Of a stretch of DNA of 64,000 nucleotides, positions 27,796 to 38,330 are shown one piece after another. The stretch's first letter is position 1, and the number at the start of each line of letters is the position of its first letter. The DNA lies in the NCBI GenBank assembly GCA_046318155.1, contig JBKCUU010000011.1, forward strand, positions 1-64,000. Reading direction: 5' to 3'. The notes beneath the pieces were generated by a model. That model was not told the DNA's origin. It did not search any database and saw only the letters and a program-made list of their open reading frames with translations. Position numbers and translations under genes: made by a program. Source of the DNA: Bdellovibrio sp. (lineage in GTDB: Bacteria > Bdellovibrionota > Bdellovibrionia > Bdellovibrionales > Bdellovibrionaceae).

Positions 27796-29172
27796 TTAAA
27801 AGACAAATTCCTCATGCAACTCTGGAATCACAACGTTAAAGCCAAACTCTTTACGAATTCTTTCAGCAAAAATGGTTTGAGCTTCTATTTCCCCATGGTT
27901 TAGAAAAATGCGCTCAGGTGGTTTTCTGAAAGACTTTAGCCAGTTCATTAAATCATTCGCATCACCGTGCGCTGAATATCCTTCCAAAGAAAATATTTCG
28001 GCTTCGACAGAAATTTCCTGGTGGTGAATTCGAATGGTCGGGATTTTCTCCAATAGCAAACGACCCTTGGTTCCCTTTCCTTGAAAGCCAACAAACAAAA
28101 CGCCATTTTTTTCGTTGGGAAGTTTTTGTTTTAGATGATGTAAGACCCGACCGCCTTGAAGCATGCCAGATGCCGACAACACTATTTTGGGTTCGTCTGA
28201 CATGCACAGAAGCATAGACTCGTCAGGACTTTCGACCGCACGAAAGTTGCGGGTCGACAGAGATTCTTCGATCTGATTGTTAACGGGATCGATACTGAGT
28301 TCATCAAGATGTTTTTGATAGATCTTGGTCACCGCATTCGCCATCGGGCTATCTAGATAGACGGGCACGTCTGGGATTAAATTGTTTTGACTCAGGCGAT
28401 AAAGCGAAAAGAGCAGGTCTTGAGTTCGCCCCAGCGCAAATGCCGGTATGACAAGAGTGCCGCCACGGCCAATCACTTTATTCACAACTTCCGCAAGTCG
28501 TCTTTCGCGCCCCTCAGCACCCACTTGCCTGTCACCATAAGTTGATTCAAGTACAAGCTCGTCTGACTCCAGCCCCTTTATCGGATCATTTAGCAAATCA
28601 GAGTGGCCGCCACCTAAATCTCCGCTGAAAGTAAGAATTTTTGAGCGGTGTTCGTCCGTATATGCGAATTGTACAATCGCACTTCCCAGAATATGACCGG
28701 CGCGCAGAAATCTAAAACTTATAAAAGGTGATAGTTCCTGCCACTGATCAAAGGGCAACGGACGGAGCAGCTTTAGCGCAGCCTCAGCATCTTCTGTCGT
28801 ATAAAGCGGCAAAGCTGGATCATGGCGAGAGTGTTTTGTTTTGTTGGCAAAGCGGGCGTCTTCCTCCTGCAGCTTTGCGGAGTCGAGAAGCAAAATCGAT
28901 AAAAGATCAGCTGTTGAAGGAGTGCAATAAACTGGTCCTTTCCAACCCCAATAACACCAACGCGGAAGAAGACCAGAGTGATCAATGTGCGCATGGGTTA
29001 GAATTATTGATTTAATATCTTGGAAGTACGTGGGCTTTTCCCAATTCAACAGGCGCAGTGGTTTTGGAGCTTGGTAAAGCCCGCAATCCACCACCGAAGT
29101 ATAACCCCGATGACTAACAACTGTCTGACTACCGGTGACGGTTTGGGCCGCACCCTCAAATTTAATTTTCAT
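27796..29172 (-). CDS. MBL-fold beta-CASP metallo-hydrolase (putative RNase)
   Basis: VDCG, THAHIDHSG, AGHILGS, SGDLG, ESTYG, YSAHGD, NHGE. Confidence 0.92.
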   Translation of the reverse strand: MKIKFEGAAQTVTGSQTVVSHRGYTSVVDCGLYQAPKPLRLLNWEKPTYFQDIKSIILTHAHIDHSGLLPRWCYWGWKGPVYCTPSTADLLSILLLDSAKLQEEDARFANKTKHSRHDPALPLYTTEDAEAALKLLRPLPFDQWQELSPFISFRFLRAGHILGSAIVQFAYTDEHRSKILTFSGDLGGGHSDLLNDPIKGLESDELVLESTYGDRQVGAEGRERRLAEVVNKVIGRGGTLVIPAFALGRTQDLLFSLYRLSQNNLIPDVPVYLDSPMANAVTKIYQKHLDELSIDPVNNQIEESLSTRNFRAVESPDESMLLCMSDEPKIVLSASGMLQGGRVLHHLKQKLPNEKNGVLFVGFQGKGTKGRLLLEKIPTIRIHHQEISVEAEIFSLEGYSAHGDANDLMNWLKSFRKPPERIFLNHGEIEAQTIFAERIRKEFGFNVVIPELHEEFVF

Positions 29173-29307
29173 AAACTTCCCGACGATCAAGTCGACGCTT
29201 TAAAATTTTCGATATGTATTCGTGTGCAAGTCTTGCGTGCTGTGCTGCTGTCGAAGTTTACAAAATGAATTGTCAGTTGAACCCATCGATTTTACGCCTA
29301 AGTTAAA

Positions 29308-29907
29308 TCATTCTTTATAGAGCTGAGCTACGATTTTTGTCAGCTCGCCAAGCCCAGAGTTTACTTTCTTAATAAATGATTTGTCGTGAGGCACGAATAC
29401 AAAGTGAGGATGACGCGACCATAGACGTTTGAGTTTATGGTCAAGCTGAAGCGCCTCTTCAATCGATTCAACACGGGTTGGATTGCCGCCTTCGATTGAT
29501 ATTCCACCAACAGCGGCGGTTTCAAAAAAAATGACGGCGTCGTAGCGCGAAAGTTCTTTCTCTAGGTTGGTACCCAAGTGTTCAAAAAACTCTTCAGGCT
29601 CGCCCGGCCAGTAAACGGCTCCATCCACCGTACCTCGATCACAAAGAAGCACACGACTTTGATAATGAGCTGACTGCGCATCTTCGAGATTTAACTGAAC
29701 ATGATAGATCGCACGCTGAGTTGCGCGACGAACTCCAGTTTCTCCTCCGCGGGGAAAGCCACCCGAATAGAGCAGGGTCGCGGCCTCTGGGACTATGACG
29801 ACTTCGTCGCCAATTTCTCTGCGAAATAAATCTGCTGCAGTTGTCTTTCCTCCCCCTGGTCCTCCAGTTAAAACAACTCGACAACATTTTCCATTCATTG
29901 CGGTCAC
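29308..29907 (-). CDS. AAA_28/NadR-like P-loop ATPase or kinase
   Basis: VLTGGPGGGKTT Walker A, VPEAA, LCDRG. Confidence 0.8.
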   Translation of the reverse strand: MTAMNGKCCRVVLTGGPGGGKTTAADLFRREIGDEVVIVPEAATLLYSGGFPRGGETGVRRATQRAIYHVQLNLEDAQSAHYQSRVLLCDRGTVDGAVYWPGEPEEFFEHLGTNLEKELSRYDAVIFFETAAVGGISIEGGNPTRVESIEEALQLDHKLKRLWSRHPHFVFVPHDKSFIKKVNSGLGELTKIVAQLYKE

Positions 29908-29911
29908 CTTG

Positions 29912-30790
29912 CTATTTCAAAACCAAAACGGGAACCTGACTGCCTCTGACAATCTGGCGGGTCAGGCTGCCGCCCATAAGTGCTGCCAAGGGGCCAGCTT
30001 TTGCGCTAACAGCCACGAGATCAATTCTCTTCTTTTTCATGTTTTCAAAAATGAGATCAGATGTAGCCTTAAACTCAGAAGCGACAATGACTTCAACAGA
30101 AATGCCCGCGCGATGGGACTCTTGCTCGATCCACGCCTTCATTCGATCGACTTTTCTTCGATAGGCGTGAATTTTCGGATTGGATTCATCAAAAGACCAT
30201 TTGTAAATCACTTCTGCTTGATGAAACACGGTGAGATCTGATTTTAGTTTTTTGCAATAAGCTAGAACAGTTTTCAGATGCTTTTTTGAGGTGGGACTGA
30301 AATCACTCGTGTAGAGGACATTTTTAATTTTGGGCGCTACTTTGGTTTGTGGATTGAAAATCAGTAAGCTTAATTTACTTCTATGAATGGCCGTTTCTGC
30401 GAAGCTTCCGATGGCAAGACGTCTATAGCCCTTTCTGGCGTGCGTAAAAAGACCAATCAGATCTGCGCCGCGATCAGAGGCAAGTTTCAAAAGTCGATCC
30501 ACAGACTTTGTGTTAGACATTGTTTGATAATCGACGACATGGATGTTTCTATCCTCGTGTTTTATTCGAGCTTTTGTTAACTCTTGTTTTATCAACCTAT
30601 GCGGATAAACACTAAACCGCTCTTCTTCCGGAATATCAAAAGCCAAATTGAGTGAAGATTCGGTGCGAGTAGCAACAAACCCGACTTCAACCTTCGATGG
30701 CGAGCCAACGAGAAGGCTAAGCGTCTTGTGCATACCCTTTAGTCTTTTTTCGTCTTGATGAAACGGCTCAAGTGCCCACAGCGCTTTCAT
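29912..30790 (-). CDS. Tandem universal stress protein
   Basis: Two USP domains (GSFAE, DFSPTS, MGGSLTRQIVRGSQVPVLV). Confidence 0.88.
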   Translation of the reverse strand: MKALWALEPFHQDEKRLKGMHKTLSLLVGSPSKVEVGFVATRTESSLNLAFDIPEEERFSVYPHRLIKQELTKARIKHEDRNIHVVDYQTMSNTKSVDRLLKLASDRGADLIGLFTHARKGYRRLAIGSFAETAIHRSKLSLLIFNPQTKVAPKIKNVLYTSDFSPTSKKHLKTVLAYCKKLKSDLTVFHQAEVIYKWSFDESNPKIHAYRRKVDRMKAWIEQESHRAGISVEVIVASEFKATSDLIFENMKKKRIDLVAVSAKAGPLAALMGGSLTRQIVRGSQVPVLVLK

Positions 30791-30980
30791 TTTTTATTCT
30801 CCTTATTATTCTCGGAAAGGGAAGATCGGCTGATTCTAGCAGGGGAGATGCTAGTTGCCTAGTGATCTTGACCTTGATACCTTCACTTTTTGACGCAGGA
30901 GCGCCAAGTGAAATGAATAAGAGAAAAAAGAGTGCGCAAAGTTCTCACGTGAATCATTCATCTGAAAAAGGAGGCCAATC

Positions 30981-31991
30981 GTGAAAATCGCATTCTTTGA
31001 TACCCATGGATTTGAAAAGTCCGTTTTTCAGAAGGCAAACAAAAGCACTCAACACGAGATTTCTTATTTTGAAACGAGACTGACTGAGCAAACGGCAAAC
31101 TTAGCTTCTGGCTACCCTTGCATTTGTGTATTTGTAAACGACCGCTTGGATAAAAAAACCCTTCAATCCCTTGCGGCCGGAGGAACTCAGCTTATTGCTC
31201 TGAGATCCGCTGGATTCAATCATGTGGACTTGGCCTCCGCACAATCACTGGGACTTAGAGTTGTGAGGGTTCCTGAGTATTCCCCTCATGCAGTGGCCGA
31301 GCATGCTGTTGCACTGATACTTTCGCTCAACAGAAAGATTCATCGCGCTTACAATCGAGTCAGAGAAGGAAACTTCTCTTTGGATGGCCTCGTCGGATTT
31401 GATCTAAACAAGAAGACCGTGGGAGTTGTCGGCACGGGACGAATTGGATTTGTCTTTGCAAAAATACTAACGGGGTTTGGGTGCAATGTGATTGCCCACG
31501 ATCTTGCACAGAACCCTAAGCTTATCGAGATGGGTGTGAAGTATGTGGACCTTGATGAAGTTTTTCGAAAGTCAGACATCATTTCTTTGCATGTGCCGCT
31601 GACGCCAAAGACGCGATATTTGATAGACGAGCGCGCACTTGCACTTACTAAACCGGGAGTCATGCTCATCAACACGGGTCGCGGCGCTCTCATCGACACC
31701 CGTGCACTGATAAAATATTTAAAGTCAGGACATATTGGGTCCGCAGGGCTTGATGTTTACGAAGAAGAGGAAGGTCTCTTCTTTGAAGATTTGTCTGAAC
31801 AAATTCTTCAGGATGATAAACTAGCTCGCTTGTTAACTTTTCCCAACGTGCTTATGACTTCCCATCAAGCATTTTTAACAAAAGAGGCATTAGAGAACAT
31901 TGCCCAAGTGACGCTCCGAAATATCTCTGAGTTTAAAAATGGAAACGATCTTGAGAATGAAGTTTATGCGGAAAAGCATCTCGTAAAGTAA
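30981..31991 (+). CDS. ldhA: D-lactate dehydrogenase (D-2-hydroxyacid dehydrogenase)
   Basis: RSAGFNHVD, VPEYSPHAVAEH, GTGRIG, INTGRG, TSHQAFLT. Confidence 0.92.
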   Translation: MKIAFFDTHGFEKSVFQKANKSTQHEISYFETRLTEQTANLASGYPCICVFVNDRLDKKTLQSLAAGGTQLIALRSAGFNHVDLASAQSLGLRVVRVPEYSPHAVAEHAVALILSLNRKIHRAYNRVREGNFSLDGLVGFDLNKKTVGVVGTGRIGFVFAKILTGFGCNVIAHDLAQNPKLIEMGVKYVDLDEVFRKSDIISLHVPLTPKTRYLIDERALALTKPGVMLINTGRGALIDTRALIKYLKSGHIGSAGLDVYEEEEGLFFEDLSEQILQDDKLARLLTFPNVLMTSHQAFLTKEALENIAQVTLRNISEFKNGNDLENEVYAEKHLVK

Positions 31992-32149
31992 AAGCTATTG
32001 AGTGGGAAGCTGTTCATGGTATTCCTAGGAACGCCTGCAAATTTTGCGAGATGTGGTGGTGGTTCACCTCTTCTACTACAGAAGGATGTTTTTTTCATTA
32101 CAGAAGCTCATTGCAAAATCAGTTTTGTCATTTTAGCCTACTTGCCTAT

Positions 32150-33820
32150 ATGACGTTGCCGCTTCTTGCTGTCTTATTTCTTGGAATTCTAACGCTCGGA
32201 TACTTCGGTTACGGTCGATGGGTTGCGGGCGTTCTGGAGCTGGATGACCGCTCGGTCACTCCGGCACATACGCAAAATGATGGGACGGACTTCGTCCCCA
32301 CCAAGGTGTTTTATCTTTTTGGTCAACATTTTTCTGCCATCGCAGCAGCAGGGCCGATTGCGGGTCCTATCGTCGCTTGCACCCTTTTTGGCTGGGGACC
32401 CTGTTTGCTTTGGATCCTCGTGGGTGTTGTGATGATTGGCGCCGTCCATGACTTTACAAGTCTGGCGGCTTCTGTGCGGCACGGAGCCTGTTCGATCGCA
32501 GAAGTTGCGCGTCGACAGATCGATGGTCCCGCCGGGCGAGCCTTGATGATCTTTATTTGGTTGGCGCTAGTTTACATTATTGTCGCCTTTGCTGATATCA
32601 CCGCCGGATCTTTCGTCACGAAACCTGATGAACTTGGGGCGATGATTGTCAATTTTAATCCTGGCGGTGCCGTCGCGGCAGCCAGCATTTTGTTTTTGGC
32701 TTTGTCGCTGCTTTTGGGGGTTGTTCAGAGGTATCTGAAACCGCCGCTCTGGGTGGTCTCCTTGATTTTTGTGCCTCTGGCCTTTGTTTCAGCCATGATC
32801 GGCACCCAGATTTCTGAGTTTTTCATCATGGACGTCAAAAGCTGGGCGCTCCTGATCGTTGTCTATTGTGCGTTAGGCTCCATGACTCCGGTTTGGCTGC
32901 TTTTACAACCCCGCGGCTTTTTGGGCGGGTTCATTTTGTATTTTTCTTTGATTGTGGGCGTGATCGGAATCTTTTTTGGTGGGTATGAAATCAAGCAACC
33001 GATGTTTACAGCCTTTGACGTCGGAACTTCGACGGGGATGTTGTTCCCATTTCTATTTGTGACGATCGCCTGCGGAGCGTGTTCGGGATTTCATGGACTG
33101 GTGTGTTCGGGAACAACTTCGAAGCAAATTGATCGCGAATCACATATGCACCCGATTGGGTATGGCGCCATGCTAGCCGAAGCTTTTGTCGCTTTCATTG
33201 CACTTTCGACCATTATGATCTTGAGCTTAGATGAGGCGGCGGGCTTGCGACCTGGAACCATCTATGGGCAAGGCTTGGGCAGGTATATGACATTGGTTAT
33301 TGGTGAACAGCATTTGCCCTTTGCGATTACGATGGGCGCCATGGCCTTTTCAACTTTCGTGTTTGATACCTTGGATGTGTCCACGCGGCTTGGCCGTTAC
33401 TTGATTCAGGAATTGACGGGTCTTCGAGGTTCGGTGGGAGCATGGCTTGGAACTCTGCTGACCATCGGTGTCCCAGCTTTGATTTTGGCCATGACCGCAG
33501 ATGGAAGCTGGATCAAATTTTGGACGCTCTTTGGCGCTTCAAATCAGCTGCTCGCAGCACTGACGTTGCTGAGTGTGACGTTGTGGTTGTATGAGGCGCG
33601 CCGGCGGATCGCGTTTACCTTGATTCCGATGCTGTTTGTTTTAATGACGACATTAACTGCGCTCATTCTGATCGCAAAATCGGGCTTCGAAGCCAGTCAA
33701 GGTTTTGACACGAATCTATTCAACTCTTTAGTTTCGGTGGCGCTGATTCTGCTCGCCATTTTTATCTGTTTTGCGGCACTCAAGAAAACCTGGCTTGGCA
33801 GAGAGCAGAGAAGGACTTGA
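32150..33820 (+). CDS. cstA: Carbon starvation protein A family transporter
   Basis: HFSAIAAAGPIAGP, GAVHDF, TIACGACSGFH, FGASNQLL; start moved to ATG 32150. Confidence 0.92.
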   Translation: MTLPLLAVLFLGILTLGYFGYGRWVAGVLELDDRSVTPAHTQNDGTDFVPTKVFYLFGQHFSAIAAAGPIAGPIVACTLFGWGPCLLWILVGVVMIGAVHDFTSLAASVRHGACSIAEVARRQIDGPAGRALMIFIWLALVYIIVAFADITAGSFVTKPDELGAMIVNFNPGGAVAAASILFLALSLLLGVVQRYLKPPLWVVSLIFVPLAFVSAMIGTQISEFFIMDVKSWALLIVVYCALGSMTPVWLLLQPRGFLGGFILYFSLIVGVIGIFFGGYEIKQPMFTAFDVGTSTGMLFPFLFVTIACGACSGFHGLVCSGTTSKQIDRESHMHPIGYGAMLAEAFVAFIALSTIMILSLDEAAGLRPGTIYGQGLGRYMTLVIGEQHLPFAITMGAMAFSTFVFDTLDVSTRLGRYLIQELTGLRGSVGAWLGTLLTIGVPALILAMTADGSWIKFWTLFGASNQLLAALTLLSVTLWLYEARRRIAFTLIPMLFVLMTTLTALILIAKSGFEASQGFDTNLFNSLVSVALILLAIFICFAALKKTWLGREQRRT

Positions 33821-34080
33821 GTCGGAATTGTTCAATCTTTTTTGAATGCGACATTTTCTTCTTTTAGTTTGCGTTCGAAATCTCATGGATCAAAGAATTC
33901 ATGAGATCGGTTACGGGTTTGAATTTGAGTAATGGGGTGCCTTGTCCGCAGAAAAAGTGACGTCTCAATTGGAAACAGTTTCTGCGAACGCTGTGCATCC
34001 AAGAGTCCGATTCGTTTAAGATTTGATTATATCAAAAGGTGATTGTTTAGGTCTCGCACAAGTCCGACGATAAGATCACC

Positions 34081-34575
34081 ATGAAAGAAAATAAAAGCAT
34101 TGTCATCGTCGAAGATGAAGTCGAAATCGGCAGTTATTTGAAGGACCTTCTGGAACCACTTTATAGCGAGGTCGTCTACTTTAACTCTGCCTTAGAGGCG
34201 CAAGAAAATTTGAGATCCAGAACCTACTCACTCGTGATGAGCGACATTAAAATGCCGGGTTTGCCCGGGCATGAATTGGTCGAGTTCCTCAGGTCGATTG
34301 GTCGGATTGAGCCCGTGGTCTTCATCACGGGCCATGCCACGCATGAAGTCTTGCTCACGGCCGTAAGGCTGGGAGTCAGCGATGTCATCGAGAAGCCTTT
34401 CGACGAAGTGACTTTGTTGGAGTCGATCCAGCGTATTTTTGAAATTGAGAAACGTCGATTCGAACTCTACGAGGCCCAATCAGGTCAAGACAAACTTGCA
34501 TCCTCAGATCACCAGAAGAAAAAAATGATCGGACTCTTGCAGGTCGTGAACTCAAGAAAAAAGTCCAACTATTGA
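34081..34575 (+). CDS. Response regulator (receiver domain with short tail)
   Basis: VEDE, SDIKMPG, FITG, EKPF. Confidence 0.88.
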   Translation: MKENKSIVIVEDEVEIGSYLKDLLEPLYSEVVYFNSALEAQENLRSRTYSLVMSDIKMPGLPGHELVEFLRSIGRIEPVVFITGHATHEVLLTAVRLGVSDVIEKPFDEVTLLESIQRIFEIEKRRFELYEAQSGQDKLASSDHQKKKMIGLLQVVNSRKKSNY

Positions 34576-34636
34576 AGCGATCTGACTCCGCCAAAACGGG
34601 GAATTTTTAGATTGCCTATGGTCGAGCAAGGTTGTT

Positions 34637-35590
34637 TTAATTAATCTGACGCAAGTTTTTCGCAAGGCGGTCAAGCATTTGTTGCCAGTTGGAGTGGGCG
34701 CCGGTGCGGAGAGCTAGTTCTTCTCGAACCGTCTGATGCAAAGTCACTTTGGTTTTACCATGACGCTCTTCGAAGGTGGTCGTGACGGTGGTCGTCTGGG
34801 GCCACTCGGTATTGATCCCAGAGCCGCCGCCGCCGCCGCCCGCTGGGTCGATGGGAGTGCCCTCGTTTTCGCAGGTCGTGCGCGTGTAGCTGAGTCTCTC
34901 GGGAGCTTGGATCTCCAGATACGTGCCGGTCGTCCAAGAGTCACCACTCTTGGGATCATGAAGCCGTGCTAAAAAGTCGCCGCCAACTTTAAAGTCCAGT
35001 CTTTCAAACTGAACCGTACAGCCGTAAGGCGCATACCACAAAGCCAGGGCCTCGGGTTTGCTCCAAGCCTTGTAAACTAAGGTTCGCGGCGCTTGGTAAA
35101 GGCGGGTGATCAGCACTTGGCGTTCGCTCGGCATAATCTTGTAGTAGTCAGCGAGGCGCTCCATCGTTTGCTTTTGACCTTCGATTGCACCAAATTCACG
35201 GGCGGCCCGGTTTTTTTGTTCGATTGTATCAAAGAGCATACGCATGACAATTTTGGTTTTGTTTTCTTTGGCCTCAAACGAAACCGTGACTCGAAAAGGG
35301 GCTTCTGAATCGACACCTTGAGAAAAAACCAACTTTTCAGGACGGATCACTTCGTTGTAGGTGACAAGTTGGGACGAGTTTTTTCCATCAGGACCATGCA
35401 TCGTTGAGCGCCACGCGCCGCCTGGGATGACGTCCATCTCGGTCGTCGTATTGGTAAACCCTTTTGGGCCCCACCACTGAGTGATATGTTTGACATTGGT
35501 CCAGGCCTCAAAAGCGATCTCGCGAGGCGTATCAAAGATTCGGCTGGCGACGATCTCGCGGTCTGCAATTTCGTCGTTCCGTTCGTACAT
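34637..35590 (-). CDS. Tandem SRPBCC/AHSA1-like domain protein
   Basis: Two repeats (WWGPKGF / WYAPYG; GGAWR / GGDF; PEKL / PERL). Confidence 0.85.
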   Translation of the reverse strand: MYERNDEIADREIVASRIFDTPREIAFEAWTNVKHITQWWGPKGFTNTTTEMDVIPGGAWRSTMHGPDGKNSSQLVTYNEVIRPEKLVFSQGVDSEAPFRVTVSFEAKENKTKIVMRMLFDTIEQKNRAAREFGAIEGQKQTMERLADYYKIMPSERQVLITRLYQAPRTLVYKAWSKPEALALWYAPYGCTVQFERLDFKVGGDFLARLHDPKSGDSWTTGTYLEIQAPERLSYTRTTCENEGTPIDPAGGGGGGSGINTEWPQTTTVTTTFEERHGKTKVTLHQTVREELALRTGAHSNWQQMLDRLAKNLRQIN

Positions 35591-35751
35591 GGTGGTCTCC
35601 TGTCGCTGCGCTCAAAGTTCAACTTGCGGGGGGCTGGTTTTTCTGTCAACAGGCAAGTCTAAAATGGTCTGGTGCCAGGCTGGGTCATCAATTGATTTCT
35701 CTGCGACGCTCGACTAATTTCTTGCTGATCCTAATTCTTTAAGGAGAAAAA

Positions 35752-36399
35752 ATGAAAAAGCTCATGATCGGTTTGTTTCTCGTTGCGGCGATGATCGCGG
35801 GCTGCGCCACCAACGACGAAAATAAAAATACAAAAAAAGGTATTGGTATCGGAGCGGGTGCAGGCGCTCTGCTTGGTGCTGTCATCGGGAATCAATTTGG
35901 TGATTCAACAAAAGGCGCGATCATCGGGGGAGCTCTTGGTGCGGGTGTTGGTGCTCACATGGGTCGGCGAATGGACAAGCAAGCTAAAGAACTAGCGGCC
36001 GTTGCTGAAACGAAACGAACCGAAGAAGGGATCGTGACAAAACTTAAGAGCGACATTCTGTTTGATACGGGTCAGTCCACCTTGAAGCCTGAAGCCAAAA
36101 ATAATTTGCGCGAAATGGCGACGATCATGAAGAAATATCCCGAGAATGTTTTGACCGTGAACGGTTACACCGACAATACAGGCGGAGCAAAAATCAACGA
36201 AAAACTTTCAGAGAAACGAGCCGAAGCTGTTCGTCAAACCTTGGTCGCCAACGGTCTTCCTGCCGAGACCGTGAAAGCTCAAGGCTGGGGTCCTTCGAAA
36301 CCAGTGGCTGCAAATGATTCAGCCGAGGGGCGCAAAAAAAATCGCCGCGTCGAGATTGAAATCGCGGTTGATCCCTCTAAAGTTCCAGCCGAGAAATAA
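35752..36399 (+). CDS. OmpA-family lipoprotein with glycine zipper (YiaD-like)
   Basis: Lipobox IAGC, Gly zipper, GYTD, LSEKRA, NRRVEI. Confidence 0.92.
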   Translation: MKKLMIGLFLVAAMIAGCATNDENKNTKKGIGIGAGAGALLGAVIGNQFGDSTKGAIIGGALGAGVGAHMGRRMDKQAKELAAVAETKRTEEGIVTKLKSDILFDTGQSTLKPEAKNNLREMATIMKKYPENVLTVNGYTDNTGGAKINEKLSEKRAEAVRQTLVANGLPAETVKAQGWGPSKPVAANDSAEGRKKNRRVEIEIAVDPSKVPAEK

Positions 36400-36475
36400 A
36401 TTTCAGGTTTCGCCATTTGATCACGAGCCTTCTGTTTTGTTTCGCGAGCTTGACCGCGTTAGCCAAGGAGCAGTC

Positions 36476-38299
36476 ATGACACAGATTTTTTTAATGGCGT
36501 TCGCGCTGAGTTTGACTCTGCTGAGACCCACACAGGCGCAAGCGCAAAAAGCAAAGGCCTCGATCTGCCAAGCCTTTGAACTCGCGGTCGCGAGCGGACC
36601 TGCGGCGCAAAGACTGAAAAGATTTTTGGATGTCCAATGGAACTACAATATGAACGAGTTTCCAGAATGGGCCACGTTCGTGGGACTTAAAGGCCACGGA
36701 CAAGATTTCACGGACGTCTCGATAGGCGCCATCCAGCGCCGCAAGAATGAAGCCCGTTGCCACTTGAAAGCGGCCGAAAGAATAAGCCGGCCGGCTCTTA
36801 AAGAGGTTGATCAAGTCACCCTGGATCTTTTGTTGAGAAATCTGCGTCAAGATGTGGAGTCTCAGCAATTTGAAGGTGATTATCTCGTTTTAAGTCACTT
36901 GAGCGGTGTGCACTTGGATTTGCCGGAGTTATTTCAGGCCATGCCGGCCGCGACGGTCAAAGATTACGAAGACATCTTGGCGCGTTTAGAGAAAATCCCA
37001 GTCCTGGTTCGTCAGCATGAAGCCTTGCTGCGCAAGGGACTCGAGAAAAAAATCACGCCGGTCAAAATGTTTTTACAAAAAGTCCCGGCGCAGTTCGATG
37101 CCATTTTGACCAAGAACCCCGAGGACAGTCCCTTGTTTGCGCCGTTCAAATCGATGAATGCGAATGTGAGCCCTGTGGATCAATCGCGTTTGCAAGAAAA
37201 AGCCAAGTCCCTAGTTAAAGAAAAGGCTTATCCGGCCCTCGAGATTTTGCGCAACTTTCTTGTTCGCGATTACATCCCGGGCGCACGCGAGAGCATAGCC
37301 TGGAGCGAAATGCCTGACGGCGTGAGATGGTACGATTTCATGGTTCGAATTCAAACCACGACGGACCGCTCGGCTGAGCATCTTCATGCCTTGGGGTTAG
37401 CAGAAGTTGAGCGCATCACGGCGCAAATGCGCGACGTGATCAAAGAGGTTAAATTCAAGGGCGACATCCCGGCCTTTAACAAAATGCTCCTCAAGGATTC
37501 TCAATTTTATTTTGAAAAGCCTGAAGACTTGATGATGGCTTACCGAGATTTAGCGAAGCGGATTGATGCTGAACTTCCCAAGCTTTTTGGGCGACTGCCA
37601 CGGCTCCCGTATGGTGTTCGTGAAATGCCGGCGTACAAAGCCAAATCTGCTCCGACCGCCTATTACATGCCCGGCAGCCGCGAGGGAGGCCGGGCCGGCT
37701 TCTTTGAAGCCAACACTTTTGACCTCAGAGCGCGCCCTAAGTGGGGGATGGAAGCGCTGACAATGCATGAAGCGGTGCCAGGGCACCATTTGCAAATCGC
37801 CCTGGCTCAAGAGATTGAAGGTCTGCCTGAATTTCGTAAACACGGTGGTTACACAGCTTTCACTGAGGGTTGGGCCTTGTATGCCGAGAGTCTTGGTGCC
37901 GAGTTGGGCTTTTACAAGGATCCCTATTCCAAATATGGCGCGCTGTCTTATGAGCTTTGGCGCGCGGTTCGCCTCGTGGTGGATACAGGGATGCATGCCA
38001 AAGGCTGGTCGCGCGAGCGGGCCCTGACTTATTTTAAGGAGTTCATGCCGAAGTCCCAACTGGAGTCCGAAGTCGAGATCGATCGATACATCACTTGGCC
38101 CGGACAAGCCTTGGCTTACAAAGTGGGACAGCTTAAGTTCCGCGAGCTTCGCGAAGAGGCTCGGCGCGAATTGGGTGAGGCTTTTGACTTACGTGCTTAC
38201 CACGACGAAGTTTTGCGGCACGGCGCCTTGCCGATGGATGTCTTTGAGAATCTGACGCGAAGCTGGATTCAGACACAAAAGGCAGCCTTGAAGAAATAA
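36476..38299 (+). CDS. DUF885 family exported protein
   Basis: HEAVPGHHLQ, EGWALYAE, RLVVDTGMH, PGQALAYKVG; AAGGAG RBS before ATG 36476. Confidence 0.9.
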   Translation: MTQIFLMAFALSLTLLRPTQAQAQKAKASICQAFELAVASGPAAQRLKRFLDVQWNYNMNEFPEWATFVGLKGHGQDFTDVSIGAIQRRKNEARCHLKAAERISRPALKEVDQVTLDLLLRNLRQDVESQQFEGDYLVLSHLSGVHLDLPELFQAMPAATVKDYEDILARLEKIPVLVRQHEALLRKGLEKKITPVKMFLQKVPAQFDAILTKNPEDSPLFAPFKSMNANVSPVDQSRLQEKAKSLVKEKAYPALEILRNFLVRDYIPGARESIAWSEMPDGVRWYDFMVRIQTTTDRSAEHLHALGLAEVERITAQMRDVIKEVKFKGDIPAFNKMLLKDSQFYFEKPEDLMMAYRDLAKRIDAELPKLFGRLPRLPYGVREMPAYKAKSAPTAYYMPGSREGGRAGFFEANTFDLRARPKWGMEALTMHEAVPGHHLQIALAQEIEGLPEFRKHGGYTAFTEGWALYAESLGAELGFYKDPYSKYGALSYELWRAVRLVVDTGMHAKGWSRERALTYFKEFMPKSQLESEVEIDRYITWPGQALAYKVGQLKFRELREEARRELGEAFDLRAYHDEVLRHGALPMDVFENLTRSWIQTQKAALKK

Positions 38300-38302
38300 A
38301 AC

Positions 38303-38326
38303 AAGCCCCTCATCACGAGGGGCTTT
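38303..38326. terminator. Probable bidirectional terminator
   Basis: AAGCCCCTC-atcac-GAGGGGCTT between convergent genes. Confidence 0.7.
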
Positions 38327-38330
38327 GCGA

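Noticed and set aside
30791..30980. FNR box between usp and ldhA
   Set aside because: Only partial TTGA half-sites with wrong spacing.
34040..34075. Sigma-28 promoter before the response regulator
   Set aside because: Spacing and -10 match are poor.
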